A stretch of DNA of 64,000 bases from Flavobacteriales bacterium (GTDB lineage: Bacteria > Bacteroidota > Bacteroidia > Flavobacteriales_G > Salibacteraceae): contig JAYPQK010000002.1 of assembly GCA_038131955.1 (NCBI GenBank), positions 267,851 through 331,850 on the forward strand, in the 5' to 3' direction. The translations under genes and the position numbers were made by a program. A model generated the notes under the pieces. That model was not told where the DNA came from. It saw nothing but the letters and a program-made list of their open reading frames with translations, and did no database searches. Shown here one piece after another: positions 1 to 9,952 of this stretch. Each line of letters opens with the position of its first letter. Within the stretch, counting starts at the first letter, position 1.

Positions 1-2274
1 CCACTCTCCTGCGAAGTACAATCCTCTCTCTTGAACCCAGCCATTCCAGTCCTCATCTCCCATCTTATTTGGAGTGGTGAATGCCGGATGCTTCGGCTTC
101 AACAGCTTGACAGAAGCGTTCTCATCGGTAACTCTGTCGCGGGATAAGGACAATGGATAAGGCCCCATCTGCTCTACTTTCAGGTCGTAGGTCGTGTTGT
201 ATTGCATGATCAGCTTTCCGCCTTGCTTGACGTATTCGTTGATGACCTGCATGTTGGCTGCTAACTCTTCATTTCGATTGAATGCCCGTATTCCCGTAAT
301 GATCGCGTCCATGCCGCTCAATTCACAGGGGGCCAACTCATTCAATGGCGTTCGGTAAACGGTGTAGCCAAGTTCTTCGAGAAGGTCATCGACTTCATCA
401 CCTGAGCCCTCCACGTAGAGGATCTTCTTTCCCTTGGTAAACTCCAGATCCAAGGGCTGCAAATTCACGGAGGCCTTGGTGTGGATAAACTGCTGAGGAA
501 TATGTGGATAGTCGATCACCAATTGGGCTTGGTCTGATGCTCGTCCTTCTGCTGTGGCTGAAAAGGATACCGTCGAGAGGGAGGACAGATCGTTGATCTT
601 GAATTTGAGTCGAACGGTTCGCTCCTGGCCTTTCGCCATTTCCGCCGGCCAATCTCCTTCTACGAGCTCCACCCCTTCTCCCGTCTCTACCTTCACAGAA
701 AGCCCGTTCACTGACTCAAAGGCTCTGAGCACTACGTCTAACTCTACTTCATCGCCAGGGCGAACTACCTTAGATGTGACGGTTGGTGTGAGTGTCACGA
801 AAGGCACGAACGCCAAAGGTTCTTCGATCTCACCGACGCTGCGATCATTCCACCTCCGGTGTACCGTGGTAGTGGCATTGATCGGCATTCCCTTTCCCGA
901 GATCACATAACCCAAGCTGACCTCTTCTTTGTAGGGCACACCGATCTCCTTTTCTTTGTCGATTCCGTACAGCCATCCTTCATCCGGATTTCGAAGCCAA
1001 AACGGAGAAGATGCCTGATCGGGGGCATTCATTTGTGCTTCGAGTTCCACCATTTCACTCGGACCAATCTCAAAGGAAGTATCCACAGGCGCTCCGATCT
1101 TGATCTTGTTTATCTCATTTCCAGCATTATACACCTCGATCCTTACGGGATAAGAGGAACCCAGGACTGAGGGAGCCTCATCGGAATAAGCCTCGACCCT
1201 GATACCCGTCAATTGCCGACTGATCTCTGCTACTGTCTCCTGCACGTACCTCATATCTCGACTCTCAGCCCACATACTTCGCTGTGCCAGGAGCGGGGTG
1301 ATATACTGATGCATCAGTTCACGATTCTTTGCCCTGTCGGTGAACTCGTAGGCATCGATCATCCGCTGGATTCCCTCGGCATGGGAAGGGGATTGAGACC
1401 ATACGCCCTGAAGGCCAACAGGGAAATCATCGGTCCACTCTCCTTTGACTAGTGTAAGGTATTCAGACTGTACCCCTCTTCGACGCGGTGTTCCAAAGGC
1501 CTGACAACGGTGTTTGCTGCGAGCCAAGGAAGCGATCTCATTGATCCCCAAACCGAGCAGGTCATTGTGCACACCGATGTTGATGCGATGGATCTTCTTC
1601 GCTGCCAGCTCTTCCTCGGTCATCTCATCGAGGGTCTTGTCCCACCATGATGAACTGTTGTGATACAAGGCTGTGGTGCTCCAAGTACCCATTTTTGCCA
1701 CCTGGTCGGGATATGCGCCGGGATCTGAGGCAAGAACAAAGGCCTCTTCGGCTAGAATCGCCGATGCTTCATGGTGACCGTGTCCTGCCCTTCTCGTCGG
1801 AGGAAAGCGCGCAATGATCACGTGGGGTCGATACTGTCGAATGACATACACCACATCGTGTAGGATCTCATCACGACCCCAAAATTCGAAACTCTCTTCG
1901 GCGCTCTTGGAGTAACCGAAGTCGATGGCACGCGTGAAGAACTGTTCTCCCCCATCCACTTTTCGGGCTTCGAGTAGTTCGTGGGTTCGAATCACTCCTA
2001 GAGCATCGCCTTTCTCGTCACCAATTAGGTTTTGCCCGCCTTGTCCGCGGGTCAGCGACAAATAGGCCGTTCGAATATGCTGATCGTTCTCGAGCCAAGA
2101 GATGAGGCGGGTGTTCTCGTCATCCGGATGCGCCGCGAGGTAGAGCACTCGCAGTCCTCGTTGTAATTCTTGAAGGTCCTGATAAACCTCGACAGTACTC
2201 TTTAGCTCGTGATCCTGGGACCACGCATTCCACGTGATGAACAACATCATCACCCATCCAATTCCTCTCCTCAT
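1..2274 (-). CDS. PIG-L/LmbE-family deacetylase-domain protein, large multidomain; C-terminus runs off the window
   Basis: Missing from the ORF track because it is open to the window edge. Manual minus-strand translation from the ATG at 2274-2272 gives MRRGIGWVMMLFITWNAWSQ (signal peptide), then VLYLAAHPDDENTRLISWL and GHGHHEASA, the AHPDDE / HxxH signatures of the PIG-L zinc deacetylase fold. The frame stays open for 758 codons down to position 1. Confidence 0.85.
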   Translation of the reverse strand, partial: MRRGIGWVMMLFITWNAWSQDHELKSTVEVYQDLQELQRGLRVLYLAAHPDDENTRLISWLENDQHIRTAYLSLTRGQGGQNLIGDEKGDALGVIRTHELLEARKVDGGEQFFTRAIDFGYSKSAEESFEFWGRDEILHDVVYVIRQYRPHVIIARFPPTRRAGHGHHEASAILAEEAFVLASDPGAYPDQVAKMGTWSTTALYHNSSSWWDKTLDEMTEEELAAKKIHRINIGVHNDLLGLGINEIASLARSKHRCQAFGTPRRRGVQSEYLTLVKGEWTDDFPVGLQGVWSQSPSHAEGIQRMIDAYEFTDRAKNRELMHQYITPLLAQRSMWAESRDMRYVQETVAEISRQLTGIRVEAYSDEAPSVLGSSYPVRIEVYNAGNEINKIKIGAPVDTSFEIGPSEMVELEAQMNAPDQASSPFWLRNPDEGWLYGIDKEKEIGVPYKEEVSLGYVISGKGMPINATTTVHRRWNDRSVGEIEEPLAFVPFVTLTPTVTSKVVRPGDEVELDVVLRAFESVNGLSVKVETGEGVELVEGDWPAEMAKGQERTVRLKFKINDLSSLSTVSFSATAEGRASDQAQLVIDYPHIPQQFIHTKASVNLQPLDLEFTKGKKILYVEGSGDEVDDLLEELGYTVYRTPLNELAPCELSGMDAIITGIRAFNRNEELAANMQVINEYVKQGGKLIMQYNTTYDLKVEQMGPYPLSLSRDRVTDENASVKLLKPKHPAFTTPNKMGDEDWNGWVQERGLYFAGEW

Positions 2275-2322
2275 TCTCTTTTTAAAATGTCAAATTCGCA
2301 CCTCAAAGAAACGATTTAACCG

Positions 2323-3681
2323 TTGTTTCTCGTTTTCGACACTGTGCAGAAGATTGCAACGATCATATTGCTGATAAGTTCAAGCCTGATTCCTGGTCTG
2401 TTGCTGGGACAAACCTTATTCCCGGACGAATCCCTCCGAAATCCCGCCTCGCACCATTCCTTATTTGAAAGCACGCTTCCCATTCAGGAGATCGAAGTCT
2501 ACGAGCGACGAGAGCCAGAGAACATGGTGCTCTTGGAAAATGGGTACGCGAGCTACGCATTTCAAGATGCCGACTGGCCACCCCAAGGTGATTCCATTGT
2601 GCCGACTAGGGTCAATATCATTTTTACCAAATACCCGAGAGAAAGATCCTTTTGGTTGACCGACTACCATTGGTTGTTGGCGAAGCGTTTGGAAGCCCTC
2701 TTTGAACTGGACCCAAGATTCAATGACACCTCCGTCGTTTTCGGCATTACCCTTCAGACCTCTTGTGACAATGAATTCGAGGCGATGCAGCTGTTTCATG
2801 GCATGGAGCTTTTCTATCGCCCTGTCGCCCTGGATGAAGCTATGATCACCATGGACGACGAGGAGGAATCAAGCACAACCGAAGCATCCACCGCCTACCC
2901 GAGTGAGCGAAGGCGACTGAGAAGGTTCATGGTGAACGAGCGGTATGTGATGGACTCGAATGTTTTCAATGTGATGGACCGACATCCTGAATGGGAAAAC
3001 GCTGTGGCCGTAATCGACTGGACCGGGAGCATGTATGGTCATGGAGCGGAACTGCTGCTTTGGCACCTCGAACGATCCAAGACAAGCGGCATACAAGCCA
3101 TTACCCTCTTTAATGATGGTGATCGCAAGAAGTCGCGCAAAAAGGTCTTAGGCTACACCGGAGGCATCTATTCAGACGAATTGAGATCCATTTCCAAGAC
3201 GATTCGCTTGTTTAACAAAGTGAAGAAGAAAGGCAACGGTGGTGACAGTCCTGAGAATGACATAGAAGCGCTGGCACAAGCCTCTCGGACCTTTCCGGAA
3301 CAAGAAGTCTTGATCCTAGTCGCCGATAACCGCAGTTGCATTCGAGATTTTATCCTCGTCGACTGTGTGAATCGTCCGGTGCACATCATCTTGAATGATA
3401 CGCGCAGGGGCATCAATCATCAATACATCAATCTAGCCTGGAAAACGGGTGGTAGTCTGCATTGGGATGATCAGGATATCTACAACCTCGACTCCTTGAT
3501 CGGTGCAGATTCTCTCGTTTTCGATGGTCAGCGTTTCATTCTTGCTCCTGATGGATGGGTCGTTCCGGCGGATCGACTCCAATCGGGATATGGTTTCTGC
3601 ACGCGGTACTACAAGGCCCCTAGGAGAAAAGGCAGGACCCGCAAGCGAAAGAGTGAACCCAAGTGCTATTTCACAGAGTGA
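2323..3681 (+). CDS. hypothetical exported protein with a vWA-like region
   Basis: 452-codon ORF with a TTG start. It has a hydrophobic N-terminus (IATIILLISSSLIPGLLLG). A MIDAS-like IDWTGSM motif is followed by GGDSPEND and LVADN, resembling a von Willebrand A fold. The C-terminus is very basic (RRKGRTRKRK). Confidence 0.65.
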   Translation: MFLVFDTVQKIATIILLISSSLIPGLLLGQTLFPDESLRNPASHHSLFESTLPIQEIEVYERREPENMVLLENGYASYAFQDADWPPQGDSIVPTRVNIIFTKYPRERSFWLTDYHWLLAKRLEALFELDPRFNDTSVVFGITLQTSCDNEFEAMQLFHGMELFYRPVALDEAMITMDDEEESSTTEASTAYPSERRRLRRFMVNERYVMDSNVFNVMDRHPEWENAVAVIDWTGSMYGHGAELLLWHLERSKTSGIQAITLFNDGDRKKSRKKVLGYTGGIYSDELRSISKTIRLFNKVKKKGNGGDSPENDIEALAQASRTFPEQEVLILVADNRSCIRDFILVDCVNRPVHIILNDTRRGINHQYINLAWKTGGSLHWDDQDIYNLDSLIGADSLVFDGQRFILAPDGWVVPADRLQSGYGFCTRYYKAPRRKGRTRKRKSEPKCYFTE

Positions 3682-3726
3682 CATTCGCCGATACTCAATT
3701 ACTCTCGATTGACTAAACTTGGAAGC

Positions 3727-4149
3727 ATGAATGATCTACGCCCTTTCCATTTGGCCATTCCTGTAAAGGATCTTAACGAAACCCGAAGCTTCTATCGTGA
3801 TCTACTGTGCTTTGATGAAGGACGATCCAGCGATCACTGGGTTGATCTCAACTTTTACGGGAATCAGGTGGTCCTGCACATGGACGAAGGCAAAGAAACC
3901 AAGAGCGTATCCAATCCGGTAGACGGACACGATGTGCCCGTCCCTCATTTTGGTGTGGTACTGACCATGGATGATTGGAAGGCACTTGCTGAGAAGTTGA
4001 AAAGCCACGATGTACCATTCGTCATCGAACCATACATACGCTTTGAGGGTCAAGTGGGCGAGCAAGCAACGATGTTCTTCTTGGATCCTTCGGGAAACGC
4101 CTTGGAATTCAAAGCCTTCCAAAACGACGATCAACTCTTTGCGCACTAG
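3727..4149 (+). CDS. VOC (glyoxalase/bleomycin-resistance/dioxygenase) family protein
   Basis: [22 protein letters not shown] ... HFGVVL ... [15 protein letters not shown] is typical of the VOC fold. I prefer the ATG at 3727 to the TTG at 3709 given in the track. Confidence 0.85.
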   Translation: MNDLRPFHLAIPVKDLNETRSFYRDLLCFDEGRSSDHWVDLNFYGNQVVLHMDEGKETKSVSNPVDGHDVPVPHFGVVLTMDDWKALAEKLKSHDVPFVIEPYIRFEGQVGEQATMFFLDPSGNALEFKAFQNDDQLFAH

Positions 4150-4152
4150 GCT

Positions 4153-4482
4153 ATGTATGTTGTCATCTACAGATTCAGTGTCCACCCAGGGAAAGACAGA
4201 GCGTTCAAGGAGGCGTGGCAAGGACTGACGAAACTGATCTATCAATATGAAGGAAGCCTCGGATCACATCTTCATCGATCCACTCAAGACCCACTAGACT
4301 ACATCGCTTATGCGCAATGGCCTGACGAAGAAACTTGGAAGAATTCAGGTGATAATCTGCCGGAAGAGGCAAACCAATGGAGGGCACAAATGCACGAAGC
4401 TTGTGCAGTCATCGAGACACTTCACACACTTCAATCTGTCAATGATTTAAAGGAAATAAAACCTTTTAAACCAAACTATTGA
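4153..4482 (+). CDS. antibiotic-biosynthesis-monooxygenase (ABM) domain protein
   Basis: 109 aa. MYVVIYRFSVHPGKDRAFKEAW ... YIAYAQWPDEETW matches the ABM ferredoxin-like pattern. It starts 3 nt after the preceding stop codon. Confidence 0.75.
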   Translation: MYVVIYRFSVHPGKDRAFKEAWQGLTKLIYQYEGSLGSHLHRSTQDPLDYIAYAQWPDEETWKNSGDNLPEEANQWRAQMHEACAVIETLHTLQSVNDLKEIKPFKPNY

Positions 4483-4520
4483 ATCTCTTTGGATAAACCT
4501 ATGGTTTAACCGCAGGTCGT

Positions 4521-5231
4521 CTAGGCAATATTGGTAAAGACGGCCTGGACATCATCGTCCTCTTCCATCTTATCGAGCATCTTTTCGATCTCCTCCATTT
4601 GCTCTTCAGAGAACTCTACCGGAGCATTTGGAATACGTTGCAGGTTGGCCTTCTCTACTTCGATTCCCTTTCCTTCAAACGCCTCGTTCATTGAGCCAAA
4701 ATTGGTGTAATCAGCATAGGCGTAAAGAACACCATCGTTCTCGATGATCTCCTCCAGACCAGCGTCGATCAATTCAAACTCGAGCTCCTCCAAGTCCATG
4801 CCTTCGGTTTTATTGAATTGGAAAACCGCTTTGCGATCGAACATGAACTCCAACGAACCGGTCGGAACTAGGCTACCACCCGCTTTAGTGAAGTAATGCT
4901 TCACGTTGGCTACCGTTCGTGTAGAGTTATCCGTGGCACATTCCACAAATACCAAGACGCCGTGTGGGCCTTTGCCTTCGTAGTTGACTTCTGTGTAATC
5001 GGCAGCGTCCTTTCCTTCAGCACGCTTGATGGCTGCATCGATATTATCCTTGGGCATATTCTGCGCCTTGGCGTTCTGGATCGCCGTGCGCAGGGCTGCA
5101 TTCATGTCCGGATCTACACCCCCCTCTTTGGCTGCCATTGTGATGGCCTTCGCCAGCTTAGGAAAGATGCGCGACATCTTATCCCATCGTTTCTCTTTTG
5201 CTGCTCTGCGGTATTCAAACGCTCTTCCCAT
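4521..5231 (-). CDS. YebC/PmpR-family DNA-binding transcriptional regulator
   Basis: [55 protein letters not shown] is the hallmark YebC N-terminus. Length is 236 aa. Confidence 0.95.
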   Translation of the reverse strand: MGRAFEYRRAAKEKRWDKMSRIFPKLAKAITMAAKEGGVDPDMNAALRTAIQNAKAQNMPKDNIDAAIKRAEGKDAADYTEVNYEGKGPHGVLVFVECATDNSTRTVANVKHYFTKAGGSLVPTGSLEFMFDRKAVFQFNKTEGMDLEELEFELIDAGLEEIIENDGVLYAYADYTNFGSMNEAFEGKGIEVEKANLQRIPNAPVEFSEEQMEEIEKMLDKMEEDDDVQAVFTNIA

Positions 5232-5307
5232 GGACTTGAAAAATTTGAGAAAGCGAAAGTAATGTTTGCTTCGAATCCTTGTATCCCCGAGTGACGCTTT
5301 GATCAGC

Positions 5308-6147
5308 TCATTTAAGGCGGATAGCTCCGAAGGTCAGAGCGAGTAGAATTCCACCTGTAACCCCCATCCAAAGCCACTTTAGACTGGGCTCATTCATGAC
5401 AACCGTGGCTACTTCCAGCCCATCGAGCACTTCGATGTTACGATTGAATTGCAGACTACCTCTTGTCTCTTCGAGCTGCGCTCTTAGCTGTTCAAGCTGA
5501 TCGAAGAGCGTTGCTCTTACTTCTGAGTCCTCAGACTCTTCCAGCTCAGTTTTTATGCTCTCGATCTGCCCGGTCAAGTTTTCGATCTTAGCCTGGGCAC
5601 GCTCCTCATTGTAAACCAGTCGCTCTTGCACGAATTGCGGACTATCCAAAAAAGTCAAGATCGCGCTTTCCAGTTCATCGAGATGATCTTTATCCTGCAT
5701 CTCCAATTCCAGATAAAAGGGGACTCGCTCAGCGCTGAGGTCTTCTGACAATGGCTCACCCTTGATATTGACACCTCGAACCTCGACCAACGCTTCGATC
5801 GTCCCTTCTGACACATCGGTAAAGCCAGGAACTTCCGACAGTTCACCTTGATCTACCGCACGATTCAGATCAAGCAGCATATCGCCGTAGATCTTCTTTT
5901 CGAGGTGAACATAACTCAATGTCATTCTCTCCGTGTAGGTTTCCTCTAGCTGAGAGTACTTCCAGTATCCACCCCCCATTCCGAGGATTCCAAAAACGAG
6001 TATTCCCCACTTTTGAGCCCAACAAAATCTAGCGAACGAGCCGATCATAGCCCGAAAGAATGCGGCCATCTCAACAAGTTGGTCATTCACACTTGCCCAC
6101 ATCCGTTTTCCTTCGTCCTTTGTATCTAGCGCATCAGGATTTGCCAT
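5308..6147 (-). CDS. hypothetical membrane protein with Wzz/polysaccharide-co-polymerase-like topology
   Basis: One TM segment lies near the N-terminus ([16 protein letters not shown]) and one at the C-terminus ([18 protein letters not shown]). An acidic coiled-coil region lies between them. The gene is divergent from the polysaccharide operon. Family assignment rests on topology only. Confidence 0.6.
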   Translation of the reverse strand: MANPDALDTKDEGKRMWASVNDQLVEMAAFFRAMIGSFARFCWAQKWGILVFGILGMGGGYWKYSQLEETYTERMTLSYVHLEKKIYGDMLLDLNRAVDQGELSEVPGFTDVSEGTIEALVEVRGVNIKGEPLSEDLSAERVPFYLELEMQDKDHLDELESAILTFLDSPQFVQERLVYNEERAQAKIENLTGQIESIKTELEESEDSEVRATLFDQLEQLRAQLEETRGSLQFNRNIEVLDGLEVATVVMNEPSLKWLWMGVTGGILLALTFGAIRLK

Positions 6148-6207
6148 AAGCTTGCAGTCGCGTATCTGTCTGTAAAAGTGCGAATTCTAGACACAGTCTA
6201 AACCACC

Positions 6208-7668
6208 ATGATCAACCTCCGGTCCAGAAATCTTCGGAACTCCCTATGGAACCTAGGCAACACGGTGTTCTACCCACTGGGGTTCTTGGCCCTGACTCCG
6301 TATTTCATCGACGGACTTGGTGAGCATCTCTTTGGCGCTTGGATGGTGCTCAATTCTATCGTTTTCATCAGCGTACACGTGCTCCACTTCGGCATGGGCC
6401 CATCGATTGCGATGTACGTAGCGGAAGCACGCGGACAGTCGAACCAGGTGCGCTTGAATCGTTATTTCAACGCCTCATTGAACTTCACCACACTTGTCGC
6501 CATTGCGATTGGAGTCATTGGCCTCCTGCTTTGGCTCTTTAGCCCGGTGGATTGGTTTGCGTGGGAGGGAATCAGCGACCCATCCGACCTGAGATGGGCT
6601 ATGATCTTGACCGTTGGAGTGATCGTCTCCAAGTTCTACGAGCAACTCTTCGGCGGATTCTTCAAAGGTTTTGAGGAGTACGATACGGCGGCCAAATTCA
6701 ACATGATCCAAAAACTGAGCATGCTGGGACTGCAAGTACTAGCGCTGATGAATGGCTATGGCTTGAGTGGGATCATATTCGTGAGTTTTGGAACAAACCT
6801 TTTACTGGGAGTCGCGCAGTTCATCTGGAGTTTACGCTATCTCACTGAGTACAAGTGGACGCCCAATTTGGATGGGGCTATCTTCCAGCGACTGGGTGTC
6901 TTTGGCTTTTGGTCGTGGATCCAAGCGATCATCTCTTTGCTGAGCTTCCAACTCGATCGACTCTTGGTAGCCTTCGCGCTGGGAACGGATGTGGTTGCCT
7001 ACTACAGCTTAGCATCTATGATCGCCAATCATCTGCACGTCATTTTGGAGGCGTCCATTGGCTGGATATTTCCTGCCGTATCGAGGATCATTCAAGAAAA
7101 AGGCGATCCGCGACCACTCTACATTACCGTGAGGAATTCGCTCATGGTATTGGCCCTATCCGGTCTTACCCTGCTCTATTTGATCCGCGAGCCTCTGTTC
7201 ACCCTATGGTTAGGTACTGAAAAAGCCGCTCAGGCCCTACCTTTCATTGAGTTATTCATCTTGCTTGAGGTGTTCTATGTGGTGTCCATTCTACCGAAGT
7301 TCTACCTGAACGGATTGAGTCGACTTAAGCTGATCACCTCGATCGAACTAGGGTACAAAACTCTAGGCATCATCAGTATGCTGACGTTCTTCTACATCAT
7401 GCAGACTGCGGAATCACTGATCTGGGGACAAATCTTCAGTATGATGCTCACCATGCCGTTAGAGATGTACTTGGTCAACCGGTTCGTCCTTCACGATACG
7501 TGGTGGAAAGAGAGCCTCTTGTTTGTCCTCCCTTGCTTTGTGCTTCTTGGAGCTCTGATCTTTCTACCCTCTCTATACGCTTCGGCAGCGCTTGGACTGG
7601 TGGGAATACTGATATTTGGCATCTACCTCAAACACCCTGATTTCAAGGTGAAGCTTTTGCTTGAATGA
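6208..7668 (+). CDS. Wzx-like oligosaccharide flippase (MOP superfamily polysaccharide biosynthesis protein)
   Basis: 486 aa with about 12-14 hydrophobic segments. It is the first gene of a co-directional glycosyltransferase operon and its 3' end overlaps the next start (ATGA). Confidence 0.8.
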   Translation: MINLRSRNLRNSLWNLGNTVFYPLGFLALTPYFIDGLGEHLFGAWMVLNSIVFISVHVLHFGMGPSIAMYVAEARGQSNQVRLNRYFNASLNFTTLVAIAIGVIGLLLWLFSPVDWFAWEGISDPSDLRWAMILTVGVIVSKFYEQLFGGFFKGFEEYDTAAKFNMIQKLSMLGLQVLALMNGYGLSGIIFVSFGTNLLLGVAQFIWSLRYLTEYKWTPNLDGAIFQRLGVFGFWSWIQAIISLLSFQLDRLLVAFALGTDVVAYYSLASMIANHLHVILEASIGWIFPAVSRIIQEKGDPRPLYITVRNSLMVLALSGLTLLYLIREPLFTLWLGTEKAAQALPFIELFILLEVFYVVSILPKFYLNGLSRLKLITSIELGYKTLGIISMLTFFYIMQTAESLIWGQIFSMMLTMPLEMYLVNRFVLHDTWWKESLLFVLPCFVLLGALIFLPSLYASAALGLVGILIFGIYLKHPDFKVKLLLE

Positions 7669-8885
7669 GTCATCCCGCTTGGAAGACATACGGCCCATAC
7701 GTTTTGTTGATCTACTTTTTCAACGCCTTCCTTTTACCTCACGGTCTTCTCTACAGCGCCATTCTCAGCCCGGTATTCATCTACTGGCTATGGAAGCAAG
7801 GGTCAAGGTTGGCTTTACCGATCGCTGCTCTGCTGATCATCCTACTCGACGTGTACTATGGATATCAAGGAGCGTCCATACAGGCTCTTCTCCTTTCCTC
7901 CGGACTCTTCTTCACCGCCGTTGTCTTCGCCATCACCGCAGGTTATTGGTTTGATCAGAACCCTCACCCCCATTGGCTGTTCAAGCGCATCCTGACGTGG
8001 AACTCACTCTTCATCTTGGTGGCGCTGATCGCTCTACCCTTCTCGATCGGACGATCGATCTTTTGGTATGAGGTTCCGATCTCTCCGGGAATCCCATCCT
8101 TTCCCCGATTAAAGCTATTCACCTACGAAGCCAGCTACTATGCCCTGCTCTTCGCCCCGCTATTTCTATACTTTCTCTGGCGTATCCTGTTCAATATGGA
8201 GAAGAAATGGCTAATGATCTCCTTTGCGATCTTCCTGCCTTTGCTGCTCTCCCTTTCCTTCGGCGTGATCGGAGCACTCGGACTGGCACTGCTCTTGACG
8301 TTGCTCTTTCACTACCGATTGCTCATCAAAATGGCTACAGTCAAAAGGACGCTTTGGTACGCAGGAACCATTCTCACTGTGGTTGCCGTTTTGATCTGGC
8401 TCATCTTTCCTGAAAACCCCGTTTATCTGAGGATAGAATCCATTCTCGCCGGCGGCGACACTTCCGCGAAAGGGCGATTATATGAATCGTTCATGTTTGC
8501 AGCAGACCTCGTAAGAATTCACAATCCCTTATTGGGAGTAGGATTCGGGCAGATCAAGGTATTGGCCCATGAGCAGATCATCAATTACTATCAGTACGAA
8601 GGCGACTTTGCCGATATCGTGCGCATTCCCAACTCCGTGGCAGAGTTGCTCGCCACTTTCGGATATGTGGGCATGCTTGCCAAGCTGCTGGCAGAAATTC
8701 TCTTTTTCATACGCTACCGCGTTTTCGATAACGCGTTCAACCTCAGCCTTTTTCTCTTCATCTTCATCTACCAGTTCACCGGTAGCTTTTTAGTAAACAC
8801 CGCTGAGATCATCATCTGGTGCATGGTCTTTTTTACTCGGTTTGAGGTCTTTTCCCTCCGACCAAAACCCACCACCGCATCATGA
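7665..8885 (+). CDS. O-antigen polymerase/ligase-like (Wzy-type) integral membrane protein
   Basis: 406 aa, polytopic, with a large loop carrying GGDTSAKGRLYESFMFAADL...GVGFGQ, typical of Wzy_C-type proteins. ATGA overlaps at both ends. Confidence 0.7.
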   Translation: MSHPAWKTYGPYVLLIYFFNAFLLPHGLLYSAILSPVFIYWLWKQGSRLALPIAALLIILLDVYYGYQGASIQALLLSSGLFFTAVVFAITAGYWFDQNPHPHWLFKRILTWNSLFILVALIALPFSIGRSIFWYEVPISPGIPSFPRLKLFTYEASYYALLFAPLFLYFLWRILFNMEKKWLMISFAIFLPLLLSLSFGVIGALGLALLLTLLFHYRLLIKMATVKRTLWYAGTILTVVAVLIWLIFPENPVYLRIESILAGGDTSAKGRLYESFMFAADLVRIHNPLLGVGFGQIKVLAHEQIINYYQYEGDFADIVRIPNSVAELLATFGYVGMLAKLLAEILFFIRYRVFDNAFNLSLFLFIFIYQFTGSFLVNTAEIIIWCMVFFTRFEVFSLRPKPTTAS

Positions 8886-9952
8886 GGGTGCTCTTTCTTT
8901 CGCGTTCGACGCTCTATACCATCAAAGGTGGAGACACGATCCAGATGGAGAAGACGGCTGAGGGTCTGTGCAACCTTGGATTGGAAGTAGACATCAAGCT
9001 CGCCGGAGAAGCGTTTAACTCCAAAGACTACGACATAGTTCACTTTTTCAATCTCATCCGTCCGGGAGACCTCATCGGTCATCTCTCCGAGATTAAGTGC
9101 AAGCTGGTCGTATCACCGATCTACGTGGACTACTCGGCCTACGACCAAAACGAAAGGAAAGGACCTACGGGTATGCTAACGCGAATTCTCGGGAAGTTCG
9201 GTGCGGAGTACGTGAAGGGCGTCGGGCGTTTCGTTCTGGGACAGGACCGACTCCAACCCAGCTACCTACTCGGGCATCGCAGAGCGATGAAACGCATCCT
9301 CGACAGGGCCGACCTGCTCCTTCCAAATTCTGCCAGTGAAGGCCATCGGGTGAAGAAGGAACTGAGCATTCAAGTGCAGGAAAGGGTGATTCCGTGCGGC
9401 ATCGACCCGGAACTGTTCTTTCTCGACGAAGAAGTCGATCGCAACCCGAATCTGGTTCTCTCGGTCGGACAGATCGAAGGCCGGAAGAATCAACACCGCT
9501 TGATAGAAGCGACTCGAAATATGGATGTGGACCTCGTGATCATCGGCAGGCCGAGTCCCAATAATGTGGATTACTACGAATATTGCCAACGCATAGCACA
9601 CGAGCGGGTCACCTTCATTGACTTCATCCCTCAGGACGAACTGAGAGCTTACTTCCAAAAAGCTGCCGTGCACGCACTCTCCAGTTGGTTCGAGACCGTT
9701 GGATTGACGAGTCTCGAAGCCGGAGCGTGTGGCTGTGGACTGGTGGTCTCTGAAATGGGCGACACGAGAGACTATTTTGACGGATTGGCTGAGTTTTGTC
9801 ACCCCGGCGACGTAGAAAGCATTCGTAACGCCCTTATCAAGGCTTTGGAATCGTCTGACAATAAGAAACGTGCGAATCATATTCGACAGCACTACACGTG
9901 GGAGATCGCCGCTCAGGAGACCTTAAAAGCCTATAGATCCATTCTGAATTGA
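8882..9952 (+). CDS. glycosyltransferase, GT4/GT1 (GT-B fold) family
   Basis: The C-terminal half carries FETVGLTSLEAGACGCGLVVS, the E-x7-E-type GT-B signature. 356 aa. Confidence 0.9.
   Translation: MRVLFLSRSTLYTIKGGDTIQMEKTAEGLCNLGLEVDIKLAGEAFNSKDYDIVHFFNLIRPGDLIGHLSEIKCKLVVSPIYVDYSAYDQNERKGPTGMLTRILGKFGAEYVKGVGRFVLGQDRLQPSYLLGHRRAMKRILDRADLLLPNSASEGHRVKKELSIQVQERVIPCGIDPELFFLDEEVDRNPNLVLSVGQIEGRKNQHRLIEATRNMDVDLVIIGRPSPNNVDYYEYCQRIAHERVTFIDFIPQDELRAYFQKAAVHALSSWFETVGLTSLEAGACGCGLVVSEMGDTRDYFDGLAEFCHPGDVESIRNALIKALESSDNKKRANHIRQHYTWEIAAQETLKAYRSILN

Noticed and set aside
398-1452. Five short ORFs from the track (398-652 minus, 554-910, 859-1170 and 1213-1452 plus) inside the first 2.3 kb
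   Set aside because: All lie within, or antisense to, the 758-codon open frame of the PIG-L/LmbE gene (1-2274, minus). That gene has clear family motifs. The short ORFs have low-complexity, motif-free translations.
1983-1993. GGGTTCGAATC, which resembles a tRNA T-loop
   Set aside because: The flanking bases (GTGGG ... CACTC) cannot form a T-stem and no cloverleaf can be drawn. It sits inside a well-supported coding frame. I found no tRNA or rRNA elsewhere in the window.
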